64,000 nt of DNA, taken from Squalus acanthias (taxonomy: Eukaryota). Positions 49,579 through 61,400 of the stretch are shown piece by piece; position 1 is the stretch's first letter, and every line of letters starts with the position of its first letter. A program made the translations under genes and the position numbers. The stretch spans positions 186,001 to 250,000 of the forward strand of contig JASTWF010000369.1 of assembly GCA_030390025.1 (NCBI GenBank), written 5' to 3'. Under the pieces are notes generated by a model that had not been told where the DNA came from, did not search any database, and was given only the letters and a program-made list of their open reading frames with translations.

Positions 49579-51198
49579 TGTAAGGGGTTCGGGTGGCTCT
49601 GTGCTTAGCCTGGGTGCTAGTGCTGGGTTAGGCCTTGTTGCCTGTCCTGGTCTCCAGCCAGCCTGGTAACACTAGACACCTGTGAGTGGTTCGACCCACT
49701 CGCCCTTACGGTTCTGACACTGGACTTAGGTGCGAGAGCAATAATGCAGAGAAAACTCAGGTAGACCCGGTTGAATAGTACGAAATGGAAAGTCTTTATT
49801 GCATGTTGTTCAAGATTACGAAATACATGTCATAAGCACAGATTAATGACAGTACAAACTTACATACATTTATGAAACTAGGTTTAGAGAAAGGAGGAGC
49901 GCACGACACATCGTAAAAAGGGACACACATTATAATTATCCTTAAAACGAAAACCCTCCCCTATTAATACCTGTCCTAATCTAGATCTGTAGGATCGAGA
50001 ATCATGCTCACCACTCGTGATAACTCGGAGGATTCTAAAATGATGCTCGGATGTTTTCGCCACTGCACCTGACTATTCACTTGTTGATCAGGGTTCTCTG
50101 TACCCCACTTGTTTACTCGCTTATGCTCCCGTCTGCTGCCATGAAGATCTGTGTTGACCTCGGACCCCTGATAAAATTCAAAGAAGCGTCTTCCTGTGCA
50201 CGACACCGGTTACCGGTAGAATTCGAAGAAAAGTCTTCTGGTGCCAGTTGTGAAGTAGCCGATAAAATTCAAAGAAGTGATTAATCGATTTTCGGGTGCG
50301 GTCGGGGCTTACTGACCGCGGCGGCACGTGTCGTCATCTTCTTCTCTTCTCATCTCATCTCATCTCATCTCCTCTCGGGCCTTCGGATCCAACACCGTTT
50401 ACCGACCTCTCGGGATGGTGCGCCCGCTTGCAGGCCTTCGCAGACCAGCTCTCCACAGATCTTTGCGGCAAGCCACAAGGTTGACTCCCGGAAAATCAGC
50501 AGATCAGAGAATAAGAGTCAAGAGTCGTCAGGGATAAGAGGAATAAGAGCAAGATAGACGTTTGGACACTACAGTTATAGTACTGTAATTCCTTATCTCC
50601 CGCCCAATCTTAATGTTCATCTTTTGTCATGTTTTGGCGCTCAAACTTCTTGTATGGGGTGGTTCTTCTTGTCATTAATGGGTATCGGTGATACTTGTAA
50701 CTGTCTAAGTACCCGTTAATATTTCTCCCATTGTGGAACCGGCTAGGCAGTCTCCCTGGAGGGGTTTTGGGGGCCTCCGAATTCTTGCTGTGAGTACCCG
50801 CGAACGGCTCTCTCATCGTAGAGCCGCGAGGAATTTGCGTATCAATGTCTTTGGATTGGCCCTTGAATACCCAGTACAATAGCCCTCGTCTGTGCATGGA
50901 AAAAACGATTCCAGCACTTATATTTCTTGCTTAGGTGTTAAAAATGCAAAACGATCGCGTCTTGTCTTATATCAATATGCTGAGTGCTGTCCGATCTTGC
51001 TGAAATGTTTATTGAAATGCCATCTTGTTTGCCTACTGAAAGTCTAGAACCTTCTGCCACGAGGCGCGGCGGCCATTTTACAGGCTTCTTGTGTCCGTTT
51101 TGAAACCTGACAGCATTTTGCTGAAATAAAGCTGTTTATACGAAACTGTATATCTCTATCTCGTTATTACGAAATCGCGATAATTTGCGAATTCTACA
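49579..51198 (-). repeat. Provirus 2 5' LTR (1620 bp)
   Basis: Starts TGTAGAATTCGC, ends CCCCTTACA; direct repeat of 38594-40217. Confidence 0.95.
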
Positions 51199-51202
51199 AA
51201 CA

Positions 51203-52583
51203 ATAGCAATGATATAAGTGCTGGTATCGTTTTCCTATGCACAGTAAGGATCATTGAACTGTGCAATCGAAGGCCCATCCAGACACATCAATAGACAAAT
51301 AACCCCCCAGCTCTACAATGAGAGAGACATTGACGGGTGATTAAGCCAGTATTCGGGGCGCCCCAAAACCAGTCGAGGAGACGATTCATACACATCCTGG
51401 CTGGTTCAACAATGGGGAAGACATTAACGGATAGTTGGCCAGTTTCAGGTGCTACCGAAACCCGTTAAGGAAGATAATAGCCCCATGCTGGGAGTTTTGA
51501 GCGCCAATATTACACAAAGGATAAACATTAAGATTTGAGCGGGAGATAAGCGGACACATCACTATAACTATAGAGAACAAATGTCCATCGGTCTCTTATC
51601 TCTCGGCAGACCTCTTAGTCGCTTGCCTCTTGCCGAACTCGCTTGACTTGTGGGCTCTTGTGTTTCTCTTGACTTTGCTGACTCCTGACTCTTAGCCGTA
51701 CTGGTCGGATATTCGAGTGTTGGGTGGAGCTCAATCGGTAGGAGCCGCCCCGACAAGGGCAAGTAACAGGGTACACCATCCCAAGTGTCGGTAAACGGTG
51801 TCTGGACCCGGAGGCCCGAGGAGACGAGACGAGAAGAAGACGAGAAGAAGACGAGAAGAAATTCCACGTGCCGCCACGGTCACTAAACCCCGACCACGCC
51901 CGAAAATATAAGTACAGAACTCTTCTTTGAGCTCTACAGACTTCAACCTGTACCGCAACACAGGAAGACTCTTCTTTGAATTTTACAACGTTTTGAGTTC
52001 CATCGATTTCTTCATGACAACAGAGAGTCTGGCCTGCTTTTCGCAGCAGCGAAAGTAAACAAGTCAGGTGCAGAAACCCTTCCAAACAGGTGACAGCCAG
52101 GTGCTGCAGCGAAACCAGCTGAGTGCCTCACTTTAAAAATCTCCGAAGTAACACGAGTGGTGAGCATGTTTTCCAATCCTACAAATCCAGACGTAGTTTA
52201 GGTATTGTTAAGGGAGGGTGGTTTTTAATAAGGTTAAGGTATAATGTGTTCCCCTTTTTACGATGTGCCGTGTGTTCTCCATTTCCATAGACCAAGCTTT
52301 ATGACTGTGATTTTGATTTGCGCCTATGACATGTATTTCATGATTTTAGACGCCATGCAATAAAGATTTTCATTTCGTGCTATTCAACCGGGTCTATTTG
52401 AGTCTTTCTCTGCATTACTGCTCCTTGCATCTAAGTCCAGGTGTCAGAACCGTAAGGGCGAGTGGGTCGAACCACTCACATGTGCTTATTGCAATAAGGC
52501 TGGCCGGAGACCAGAGCAAGCAATAGTATAGGCAACGAAGGCCTAACCTCGCAACAGCACTGTCTGAGACACGCCCCCTTACA
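51203..52583 (+). repeat. Provirus 1 3' LTR, remainder
   Basis: Continues gtgaaca|atagcaatgatataag as in the 5' LTR; AATAAA 52359-52364; ends CCCCCTTACA. Reconstructed LTR is 1636 bp. Confidence 0.93.
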
Positions 52584-52999
52584 ATTCTTCCATCTGATTG
52601 TTTAATGAGGTGCGCCGTTGCTTTCCCTGTTTACACAAGTCCCAAATGCCCAGTCATCAGCACCGCAACATTTCGATGTCCCACATCTGCAAGCTGCCGT
52701 GCAAAACTCATGGAAGTTAAACTGGAAAGGGCCAATCTAACGTGAGACAGGGTGCATTTGATCGCTGGTAATAGTAAAATTTTGCACCATATTTAAAAAA
52801 AATTCTTCTTGATAGTTCAGTTGCTGCCTTATCCAAATCTTTGTTCCACTCTCTGTAACTTTGTAAAAAATTCCAGGTAAAAGCAGCTTGTCATTTGCTT
52901 GTTCCCTGTCTGTGAGAATTCTGCAATGTGATTGGCTGCTCAAACAGCTTGATGACGTCACAGCAGCATCGCACTGGGGATTAGAGTCACAGAGTCATA

Positions 53000-53892
53000 G
53001 GGGTAAAAATTCACTTGGTTGCGCCTCCCGTTAGCGCCTTAAGAGGGCGCTAATGGGGCGCAAAGCCGCTAACGCCCGGGCGCAGCGATGTTTGTGCCGC
53101 TCGAGAACTTAACTTGAGATTGTGCGGCAGCGCTAAAACTTACCGCTGCGACCACCTGCGCGCGCAGATTGTGACGTCATTCCATGGTGCAACGCCCTTG
53201 TGGCGCCCCGTAGCAGAAATTGAGTGGCGCCCCCTGCCTTACCGCCTGGCGCTTCCAACGACCAGAAGACTGGAACGCTATCAATCGCAGTGGGGCTGGG
53301 GGGGGCGCTATTTAAAGGGGGCCTCTTCTTGTCTTTTATTGTTGGTGGCATTTTTTAACTACGCATTCTGAGAGAGAGAGGGAGAGACTTCTGGAGAGAT
53401 TCAACGTTGTGTGAAGGAGTTTTGGGTACTGAGCAGCACTTTCCAGGTTCATTTTGATTTGCCATTCCTTGTATCGATTTAGCAGAGACTGTGGGAGCTG
53501 CACTCTGAGCTCTTTGCCTGGTACTCTCCATTGTACTTTCCAGCACATTTGATGTGCAAGTCTCTCCAGGCCGAGATTCAAGGCTGCAATGAACAGGATG
53601 TGGATGGAAAGCAATATTAACCATCCCCTTTAAGAACTGGCCCGTGCCATTGTGTGTGTGTTCCATTGCTGACTGACATTACATGAGCTTCGCCAGCGCT
53701 CCGAGTTAGCGCCTCACTGCTCGCACTTTGCGCCTTAAGAGAGGTGTGCAGCGCCTGCTTTAGCGCTCCACTCACCTCCCGGGGCGGTAAAAGTGAAGTT
53801 TCCTGTCAGTGCCGATAATTAGCGCCAGGCGCTAATATTTGCGTCCGGACGATATTTGCGCCCCAAATGGGGCGCGACCTAATTTCTACCCC
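53000..53892 (-). mobile_element. Second copy of the ~0.9-kb non-autonomous Harbinger derivative
   Basis: TIRs GGGGTAAAAATT / AATTTCTACCCC, TSD ATA; inverted homolog of 12833-13724 with the same internal junction; sits in a CR1 tail (agagtcat repeats). Confidence 0.9.
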
Positions 53893-56800
53893 ATAGAGTT
53901 ATACAGCACGGATAGAGGCCCTTCGGCCCATCGTGTCCGCACCGGCCATCAAGCCCTGTCTAATCTAATCCCATATTCCAGCATTTGGTCCGTAGCCTTG
54001 TATGCTATGGCATTTCAAGTGCTCATCCAAATGCTTCTTGAATGTTGTGAGGGTTCCTGCCTCCACAACCCTTTCAGGCAGTGAGTTCCAGCTTCCAACT
54101 ACCCTCTGGGTGAAAAAGTTCTTTCTCAAATCCCTTATAAACCTCCCGCCCTTTACCTTGAATCTATGCCCCCTTGTTATAGACTCCTCTACTAAGGGAA
54201 AAAGCTCTTTAGTATCCATCCTATCTATGCCCCTCATAATTTTGTACACCTCAATCATGCCCCCCCTCAGCCTCCTCTGCTCCAAGGAAAACAAACCCAA
54301 TCTGCCCAGTCTCTCTTCATAGCTGAAGCGCTCCAGCCCGGGTAACATTCTGTTGAATCTCCTCTGCACCCTCTCCAAAGCTATCACATCCTTCCTGTAG
54401 TGTGGCGACCAGAACTGCACACAGTATTCCAGATGTGGCCTAACCAGTGTTTTATACAGCTCCATCATAACCTCCTTGCTCTTATATTCTATGCCTCAGC
54501 TAATGAATGCAAGTATCCCATATGCCTTTTTTTACCACCTTATCCACCTGTTCCGCCGCCTTCAGGGATCTGTGTACTTGCACACCAAGATCCCTCTGAC
54601 CCTCCGTCTTGCCTAGGGTCTTACCATTCATTTTGTATTCCCTTGCCTTGTTAGTCCCTGCAAAGTGCATCACCTCGCACTTTCCCGGATTAAATTCCAT
54701 TTGCCACTGTTCCGCCCATCTGACCAACCCATCTATATCGTCCTGCAGACTGAGGCTACCCTCCTCGCTATTTACCACCCTACCAATTTTTGTATCATCC
54801 GCGAACTTACTGATCATACCTTTTACATTCATATCCAAGTCGTTAATGTAGACCACGAACAGCAAGGGACCCAGCACCGATCCCTGTGGTACCACACTGG
54901 CCACAGGCTTCCAGTCACAATAACAACCTTCGACCATCACCCTCTGCCTTCTGCCACTGAACCAGTTTTGTATCCAATGTGCCAAGGCACCCTGGATTCC
55001 ATGGGCTCTTACCTTCTTGTCCAGTCTCCTGTGCGGGCCTTTATCGAAGGCCTTACTGAAATCCATGTATACCACATCCACTGCGTTACCCTCATTCACA
55101 CACCTAGTCACCCCCTCAAAAAATTCAATCAAATTAGTCAGACATGATCTTCCCTTGACAAAGCCATGTTGGCTAACCCTGATTAATCCTTGCCTCTCCA
55201 AGTGGAGACTAATTTTGTCCGTCAGAATTTTTTCCAATAATTTTCCTACCACTGATGTTAGGCTCACTGGCCTGTAGTTCCCCGGTTTTTCCCTACTCCC
55301 TTTCTTGAATAATGGTACTACATTAGCGGTTCTCCAGTCCTCTGGCACATCCCTGTGGCCAGAGAGGTTCTGAATATATGTGTTACAGCCCCCGCAATCT
55401 CCTCCTTTGCCTCACACAGCAGCCTGGGATACATTTCGTCCGGACCTGGGGATTTATCCATTTTTAGACCTGCTAAAATCGCCAATACCTCTTCCCTCTC
55501 GATGTTAAAATGTTCGAGTATATCACAGTCCCCCTGCCCTAATTTTATGTCTGCATCGTCCTTCTCCGTAGTGAAAACAGATGCAAAAAAATCATTTAGA
55601 ACCCCACCTACATCTTCCGGCTCCACACACAGATTGCCACTTTTGTCCCTAATGGGCCCTATTTTTTCCCTAGTTATCCTCTTACCCTTAATATACTTAT
55701 AAAACATCTTAGGATTTTCCTTTATTTTGCTTGCCAGTGTTATTTCCTGGCCCCTCCTTGATCTCCTAATTTTTTTTTTAAGTATCCCCCTGCACTTTTT
55801 ATACTCCTCTAGGGCTTCCTCCGTCTTTAGCATTTTGTATCTGCCAAAAGCCCTCCTTTTTTTCCTGATCCATTCTCGTATATCCCCTGACATCCAAGGT
55901 TCCCTGGGGTTTTGGAACCACCCTTGACCTTTACGGGAAATTGCTGCCATTGTATGATCTCAATCTCCCTTCTGAAAGAATCCCATTGCTCCGATGCGGA
56001 TTTTCCTACAAGCAGCTGATCCCAGTCCATTTTGGCCAGATCCTGCCTTATCTTATTAAAATCGGCCTTCCCCCAATTTAGAACGTTTATTTCCGGCCCA
56101 TCCTTGTCCTTTTCCATGACCACCTTAAATCTCACCGTATTATGGTCACTGTCACCAAAGTGCTCACCTACTAGCACTTCTTCCACTTGGCCGGTCACAT
56201 TCCCTAGAATTAGGTCCAGTACCGCACCCTCCCTTGTAGGACTTTCTACATGCTGGCTCAAAAAGCTCTCCTGGATGCACTTTAAGAATTTTGAACCCTC
56301 TAAGCCTTTCACACTCTGACTATCACAATTAATATTGGGGAAATTGAAAGCCCCCATTATTATTACCCTATTATTTGCACATTTCTCTGAGATTTGCCGA
56401 CATATCTGTTTCTCTATCTCCCCCTGATTGTTTGGGGGCCTGTAGTAGGCTCCCAGCAAAGTGCTTGCCCCCTTTGTGTTTTTAAGCTCCACCCATATAG
56501 CCTCATTGGACGAACCTGCTAATATATCATCCCTCCTTATGGCAGTAATTGATTCCTTAATTAATATTGCAACACCACCTCCTCTTATACCTCCCCCTCT
56601 GACTCGCCTGAAGATTCTGTACCCCGGAATATTGAGCTGCCAATCTTGCCCCTCCCTCAACCATGTCTCCGTGATAGCAACAATATCATACTCACATGTG
56701 TTTATCAAAACCTTCAGTTCATCCATCTTATTCACTAGACTCCTTGCATTAAAATAGATGCCTTCCAGCCTTGCTCTTACATGTTTGCCCTGTCTTCCAA

Positions 56801-58071
56801 GCTGACATGCTTTTTTCTCTATATTTGACTGTACATCACCCCCTATTGTAGCTCCACTCTGTATCCCATACCCCTGCCAAGTTAGTTTAAACTCCCCCCT
56901 CCCCGCAACAGTGCTAGCAAACCTCCCCGTAAGGATATTTGTCCCGCTCTGGTTCAGGTGCAAACCCTCCGACTTGTACAAGTCCCACCTTCCCCAGAAG
57001 CAGGCCCAGTGATCCAGGAAACTAAAACCCTCCCTCTTGCACCAACTCTTTAGCCACGCATTCATCTGTTCTATCCTCCTATTCCTATACTCACTAGCAC
57101 GTGGCACTGGGAGTAATCCAGGGATTACAACCTTTGAGGTCCTGCTCATAAATCTGCTGCCTAGCTCCCTAAATACTTGATGCAGGACCTCATCCCCCTT
57201 CCTACCTATGTCGTTGGTCCCAATGTGAACCACGACCTCTGCCTGCTCCCCCTCCCCCTTGAGAATGCCCTGTAGCCGCTCAGTGACATCCATGACCCTG
57301 GCCCCAGGGAGGCAACAAATCATCCTGGAGTCATGTTTACTGCCACAGAAACGCCTATCTGTTCCCCTTACGATAGAATCCCCTACCACTATTGCTCTCC
57401 CACTCTTTTTCCTCCCTTTCTGAGCAGCAGAAGAAACCCTGGATCCAGGAAGTTGGCTGCTACCGCTCTCCCCTGGTGAGTCATCCCCCTCAACGGTATC
57501 CAAAGCGGTATACCTGTTTGAAAGGGGGATGACCGCAGGGGTCCCCTGTACTTCCTGCCTGCCTCTGCTGCTCCGCCTAATGGTCACCCATTTCCCTTCT
57601 GCCTGTGCAGCCCTACCCTGCGGCATGACCAACTCGCTAAATGTGTCATCCACAACCCTCTCAGCATCGCGTATGCTCCAAAACTCATCCACCCGCAGCT
57701 TGAGCGCCGCAATGCGTTCTTCAAGTAGCTGCAGCTGGATGCATTTCTCGCACGCATGGGTCCCCAGGGACACTTGCAGCGTCCCTGAACTCCCACATGG
57801 AGCAAGAGGAGCATAACACGGGGCTGATCACACCTGCCATGACCTACTCCTTTAATTAAATTAAAAATGTATTCAATACCCCAGTTACAGATATACTCTA
57901 GGGCGCTTTATTTACCAACTGTCCCCAATACACCACAGAGATCCTAGAAATTTAACACCACAGAATTTAAGCTTAAAAAGAGAGAAATACTCACCAACCA
58001 ATCACCTACCTGCTTTTTGGTGACGTCACACTTCGATTATTTTTCCCTCCGAGTTCGGAGACTGGTACTCA

Positions 58072-58424
58072 TTACCTGGTCTCTGGAGCCTTTTATAGGC
58101 CCACTGCCACCGCTGAAACACCCGCCGACGCTCTGAGGCCTTACCTGGTCTCGGGAGCCTTTTATTGGCCCACATCCGCTGAAACTTCCGCCGATGCTGT
58201 GAGGCCTTTCCTGGTCTCTGGAGCCTTTTATAGGCCCGCTGCCGCCGCTGAAACTCCCGCCGTCGCTCTGAGGACTTACGTGGTATCTGGAGCCTTTTAC
58301 AGGCCCACTGCCGCCGCTGAAACTCACGCCGACGCTCTGAGGCCTTACCTGGTATCTGGAGCCTTTTATATGCCCACTGCCGCCGCTGAAACTCCCGCCG
58401 ACGCTCTGATGCCTTACCTTGTCT
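58072..58424 (-). repeat. Five tandem 66-69 bp monomers at the CR1 5' end
   Basis: Units start at 58072, 58141, 58207, 58276, 58345; minus-strand consensus ...GGGCCTATAAAAGGCTCCAGAGACCAGGTAA. Confidence 0.85.
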
Positions 58425-61400
58425 GTGCTTATTCTGGCTTTGAATTATCAAGAGCGCCCAATGTCTTGCTTGAATTATCAGAAACAACAACTGTCTCGGT
58501 CTGAATTATCAGAAACATCCACTGTCTACTTCTCAATTATCAGAAAGCCCATTTGTCTGGTTCTGAATTTTCAGAAGCACCCAATATCTGCGTCTTAATT
58601 ATCAGAAACACCAACCGTCTGGGTCTGAATTTTCAGAAACATCCGTTGTCCTCGTCTGAAATGTCAGAAACACGCACTGTCTGGATCTGAATTATCAGAA
58701 ATAACGACGCTCTGGGTCTGAATTATCAGAAAAATGCTTTGTCTGCGTCTGAATTATCAAAAACACCCACTGTCTGCATCGAATTTAACGGAAACGGACA
58801 CTGTCTGGGACTGAATTATCCGAAAAATGCACTGTCTGGGTCTGAATTATCAGAAACATCCACTGTCTCGGTCTGAATTATCAGAAACGCCCACTGTCTG
58901 GGTCTGAAATGTCAGAAACACCCACTGTCTGGTACTGAATTATCAGAAACATCCACTGTCTGGCTCTGAATTATCAGAAACACCCACTGTCTGGGTCTGA
59001 ATTATCAGAAACACTCACATTCTGGGGCTCATTATCAGAAACAAAGACTCTCTGGGGCTGAAATGTCACAAACACCCTCTGTCTAGGCATGAAATATCAG
59101 AAACACCCCGTCTCTGGGGCAGATTTATCGGAAATATCCAATGTATGGGCCTGAATTTTCAGAAGCAACTGTTTGGCTCTGAATTACCAGAACAATGTTT
59201 TTCTGGGTCTGAAATATCAGAAACACTCACTGTCTGGTTCTGAATTTTCAAAAACACCGACTGTCTGTGTCTTTTTATCAGAAGCACCCATTGTCTGGCT
59301 CTGCATTATGAGAAAGACCCACTGTCTGGGTCTGAATTATCAGATACAGCTTATTCTGGCTCGGAATTATCAAGAGCGCCCAATGTCTTGCTTGAATTAT
59401 CAGAAACAACAACTGTCTCGGTCTGAATTATCAGAAACACCTACTGTCTACTTCTCAATTATCAGAAAGCCCATTTGTCTGGTTCTGAATTTTCAAAAGC
59501 ACCCAATATCTGGGTCTGAATGATCAGAAACACCAACCGTCTGGGTCTGAATTTTCAGAAACATCCGTTGTCCGGGTCTGAAATGTCAGAAACACACACT
59601 GTCTGGTTCTGAATTATCAGAAACATCCACTGTCTGGCTCTGAATTATCAGAAACACCCACTGTCTGGGTCTGAATTATCAGAAACATCCACTGCCTAAG
59701 TCTGAATTATCAGAAACACCCATTGTTTGGACTGAATTAGCACAAGCACCCACTGTCTGGGTCTGAAATGTCAGAGAAACCCACTGTCTTGTTCTGAATT
59801 ATCAGAGACATCAGTTGTCTGGGTCTGAATGATCAGAAATAATGATGCTCTGGGTCTGAATTATCAGAACCACGCTTTGTCTGCATCTAAGTTATCAAAA
59901 GCAACCACTGCCTGCGTCTAATTTAACAGAAACGCCCTCTGTCATGAGACTGAATTATCAGAAAAATGCACTGTCTGTGTCTGAATTATCAGAAACCCCC
60001 ACTGTCTGGGTCTGAAATGTTAGAAACACCCACTGTCTGGTTCTGAATTATCAGAAACATCCACTGTCTGGCTCTGAATTATCAGAAACACCCATTGACT
60101 GGGTCTGAATTATCAGAAATATCCACTGCCTGAGTCTGAATTATCAGAAACACACACTGTCTGGGTCAGAATTATCACAAACACCGACTGTCTGGGTCTG
60201 AAATGTCAGAAACACCCACTATCTGGTTCTGAATTATCAGAAACATCCACTGTCTGACTCTGAATTATCAGAACCAACCACTGTCAGGGCCTGAAATATC
60301 AGAAACACCCACAGTCTGCATCTGATTTATCAGAAACGCTCAATGTCTGGGTTATGAATTATCAGAAACACACAGTGTCTGGGTCTGACTTATCAGAAAA
60401 ATCCACTGTCTGGGTCAGAATTTTCAGAAACACCCACATTCTGCGTCCGACTTATCAGAAGTACCCACTGTCTGGTTCTGAATTATCAGGTAAAAACACA
60501 GTCTGTGCCTGAATTATCAGAAACAGCGTATTCAGGCTCTGAATCATCAAGAGCGCCCAATGTCTTGCTTGAATTATCAGAAACAACAACTGTCTAGGTC
60601 TAAATTATGAGAAGCACCCACTGTCTAGGTCTAAATTTTCAAAAACATCAGTTGTCTGGGTCTGAATTATCAGAAACACACTTTGTCTGCATAAGAATTA
60701 TCAAAAACACCCACTTTCTGTGTCTAATTTAACGGAAACGCCCACTGTCTGGGACTGATTTATCAGAAAAATGCACTGTCTGGCACTGAATTATCAGAAT
60801 CAAACACTATCTGGGTCTGAATTATCAGAAACACCCACTGTCTGGGTCTGACCTATCAGAAAAATTCACTGTCTGGGTCTGAATTTTCAGAAACACCCAC
60901 AGTCTGCATAAGAATTATCAGAAACACCCACGGTCTGGGTCTGAATTATCAGGAAAAAAAACTGTCTGTGCCTGAATTATCAGAAACGCCCACTTTCTGG
61001 CTCTGCATTACGAGAAAGACCAACTGTCTGGATCTGAATTATCAGATACAGCTTATTCTGGCTCTGGATTATCAAGAGCGCCCAATGTCTTGCTTGAATT
61101 ATCAGAAACAACAACTGTCTCGGTCTCAATTATCAGAAACACCCACTGTCTAGTTCTCAATTAACAGAATGCCCATTTGTCTGGTTCTGAATTTTCAGAA
61201 GCACACAATATCTGGGTCTGAATGATCAGAAACACCAACCATCTGGGTCTGAATTTTCAGAAACATCCGTTGTCCGGGTCTGAATTATCAGAAATAACGA
61301 CGCTCTGGGTGTGAATTATCAGAAACACGCTTTGTCTGCGTCTGAATTATCAGAAACACCCACTGTCTGCGTCTAATTTAACGGACACGCCCACTGTCTG

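Larger units (their letters stand above)
38594..51198 (-). mobile_element. Provirus 2: complete 12,605-bp lokiretrovirus-like ERV
   Basis: TG...CA LTRs at both ends, TSD AACA (38590-38593, 51199-51202), PBS, PPT, gag-pro-pol-env. Confidence 0.95.
27300..52583 (+). mobile_element. Provirus 1: lokiretrovirus-like ERV (LTR-gag-pro-pol-env-LTR), 3' LTR split by provirus 2
   Basis: LTR pair, PBS, PPT, gag CCHC, protease, RT YVDD, two RNase H-like domains, HHCC/DDE integrase, env. Left boundary approximate; no TSD recognised. Confidence 0.9.
52982..58424 (-). mobile_element. Near full-length CR1 LINE (5' monomer array, ORF1 zinc finger and esterase, ORF2 EN and RT), few frameshifts
   Basis: ORF1 ATG ~57840, CEKC, VVGDSIVRG, HIGTND, GLHLN; ORF2 FNARSL, AITETW, YYRPP, SDH, YMDFSKAFD, PQGSVLGP, KFADDTK, VRPHLEYC. 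Confidence 0.92.

Noticed and set aside
38594..51198. Foamy virus assignment (long LTRs, YVDD, 4-bp TSD)
   Set aside because: CCHC-bearing Gag, in-frame gag-pol junction, Arg-type PBS, short N-terminal signal peptide and F-like Env do not fit well; a phylogeny is still needed.
55827..57773. 648-aa esterase-endonuclease fusion protein
   Set aside because: Most simply a frameshift in a G/C run joining CR1 ORF1 to ORF2; the copy has other frameshifts, and the CR1 at ~6350 shows the usual GLN* ORF1 end.
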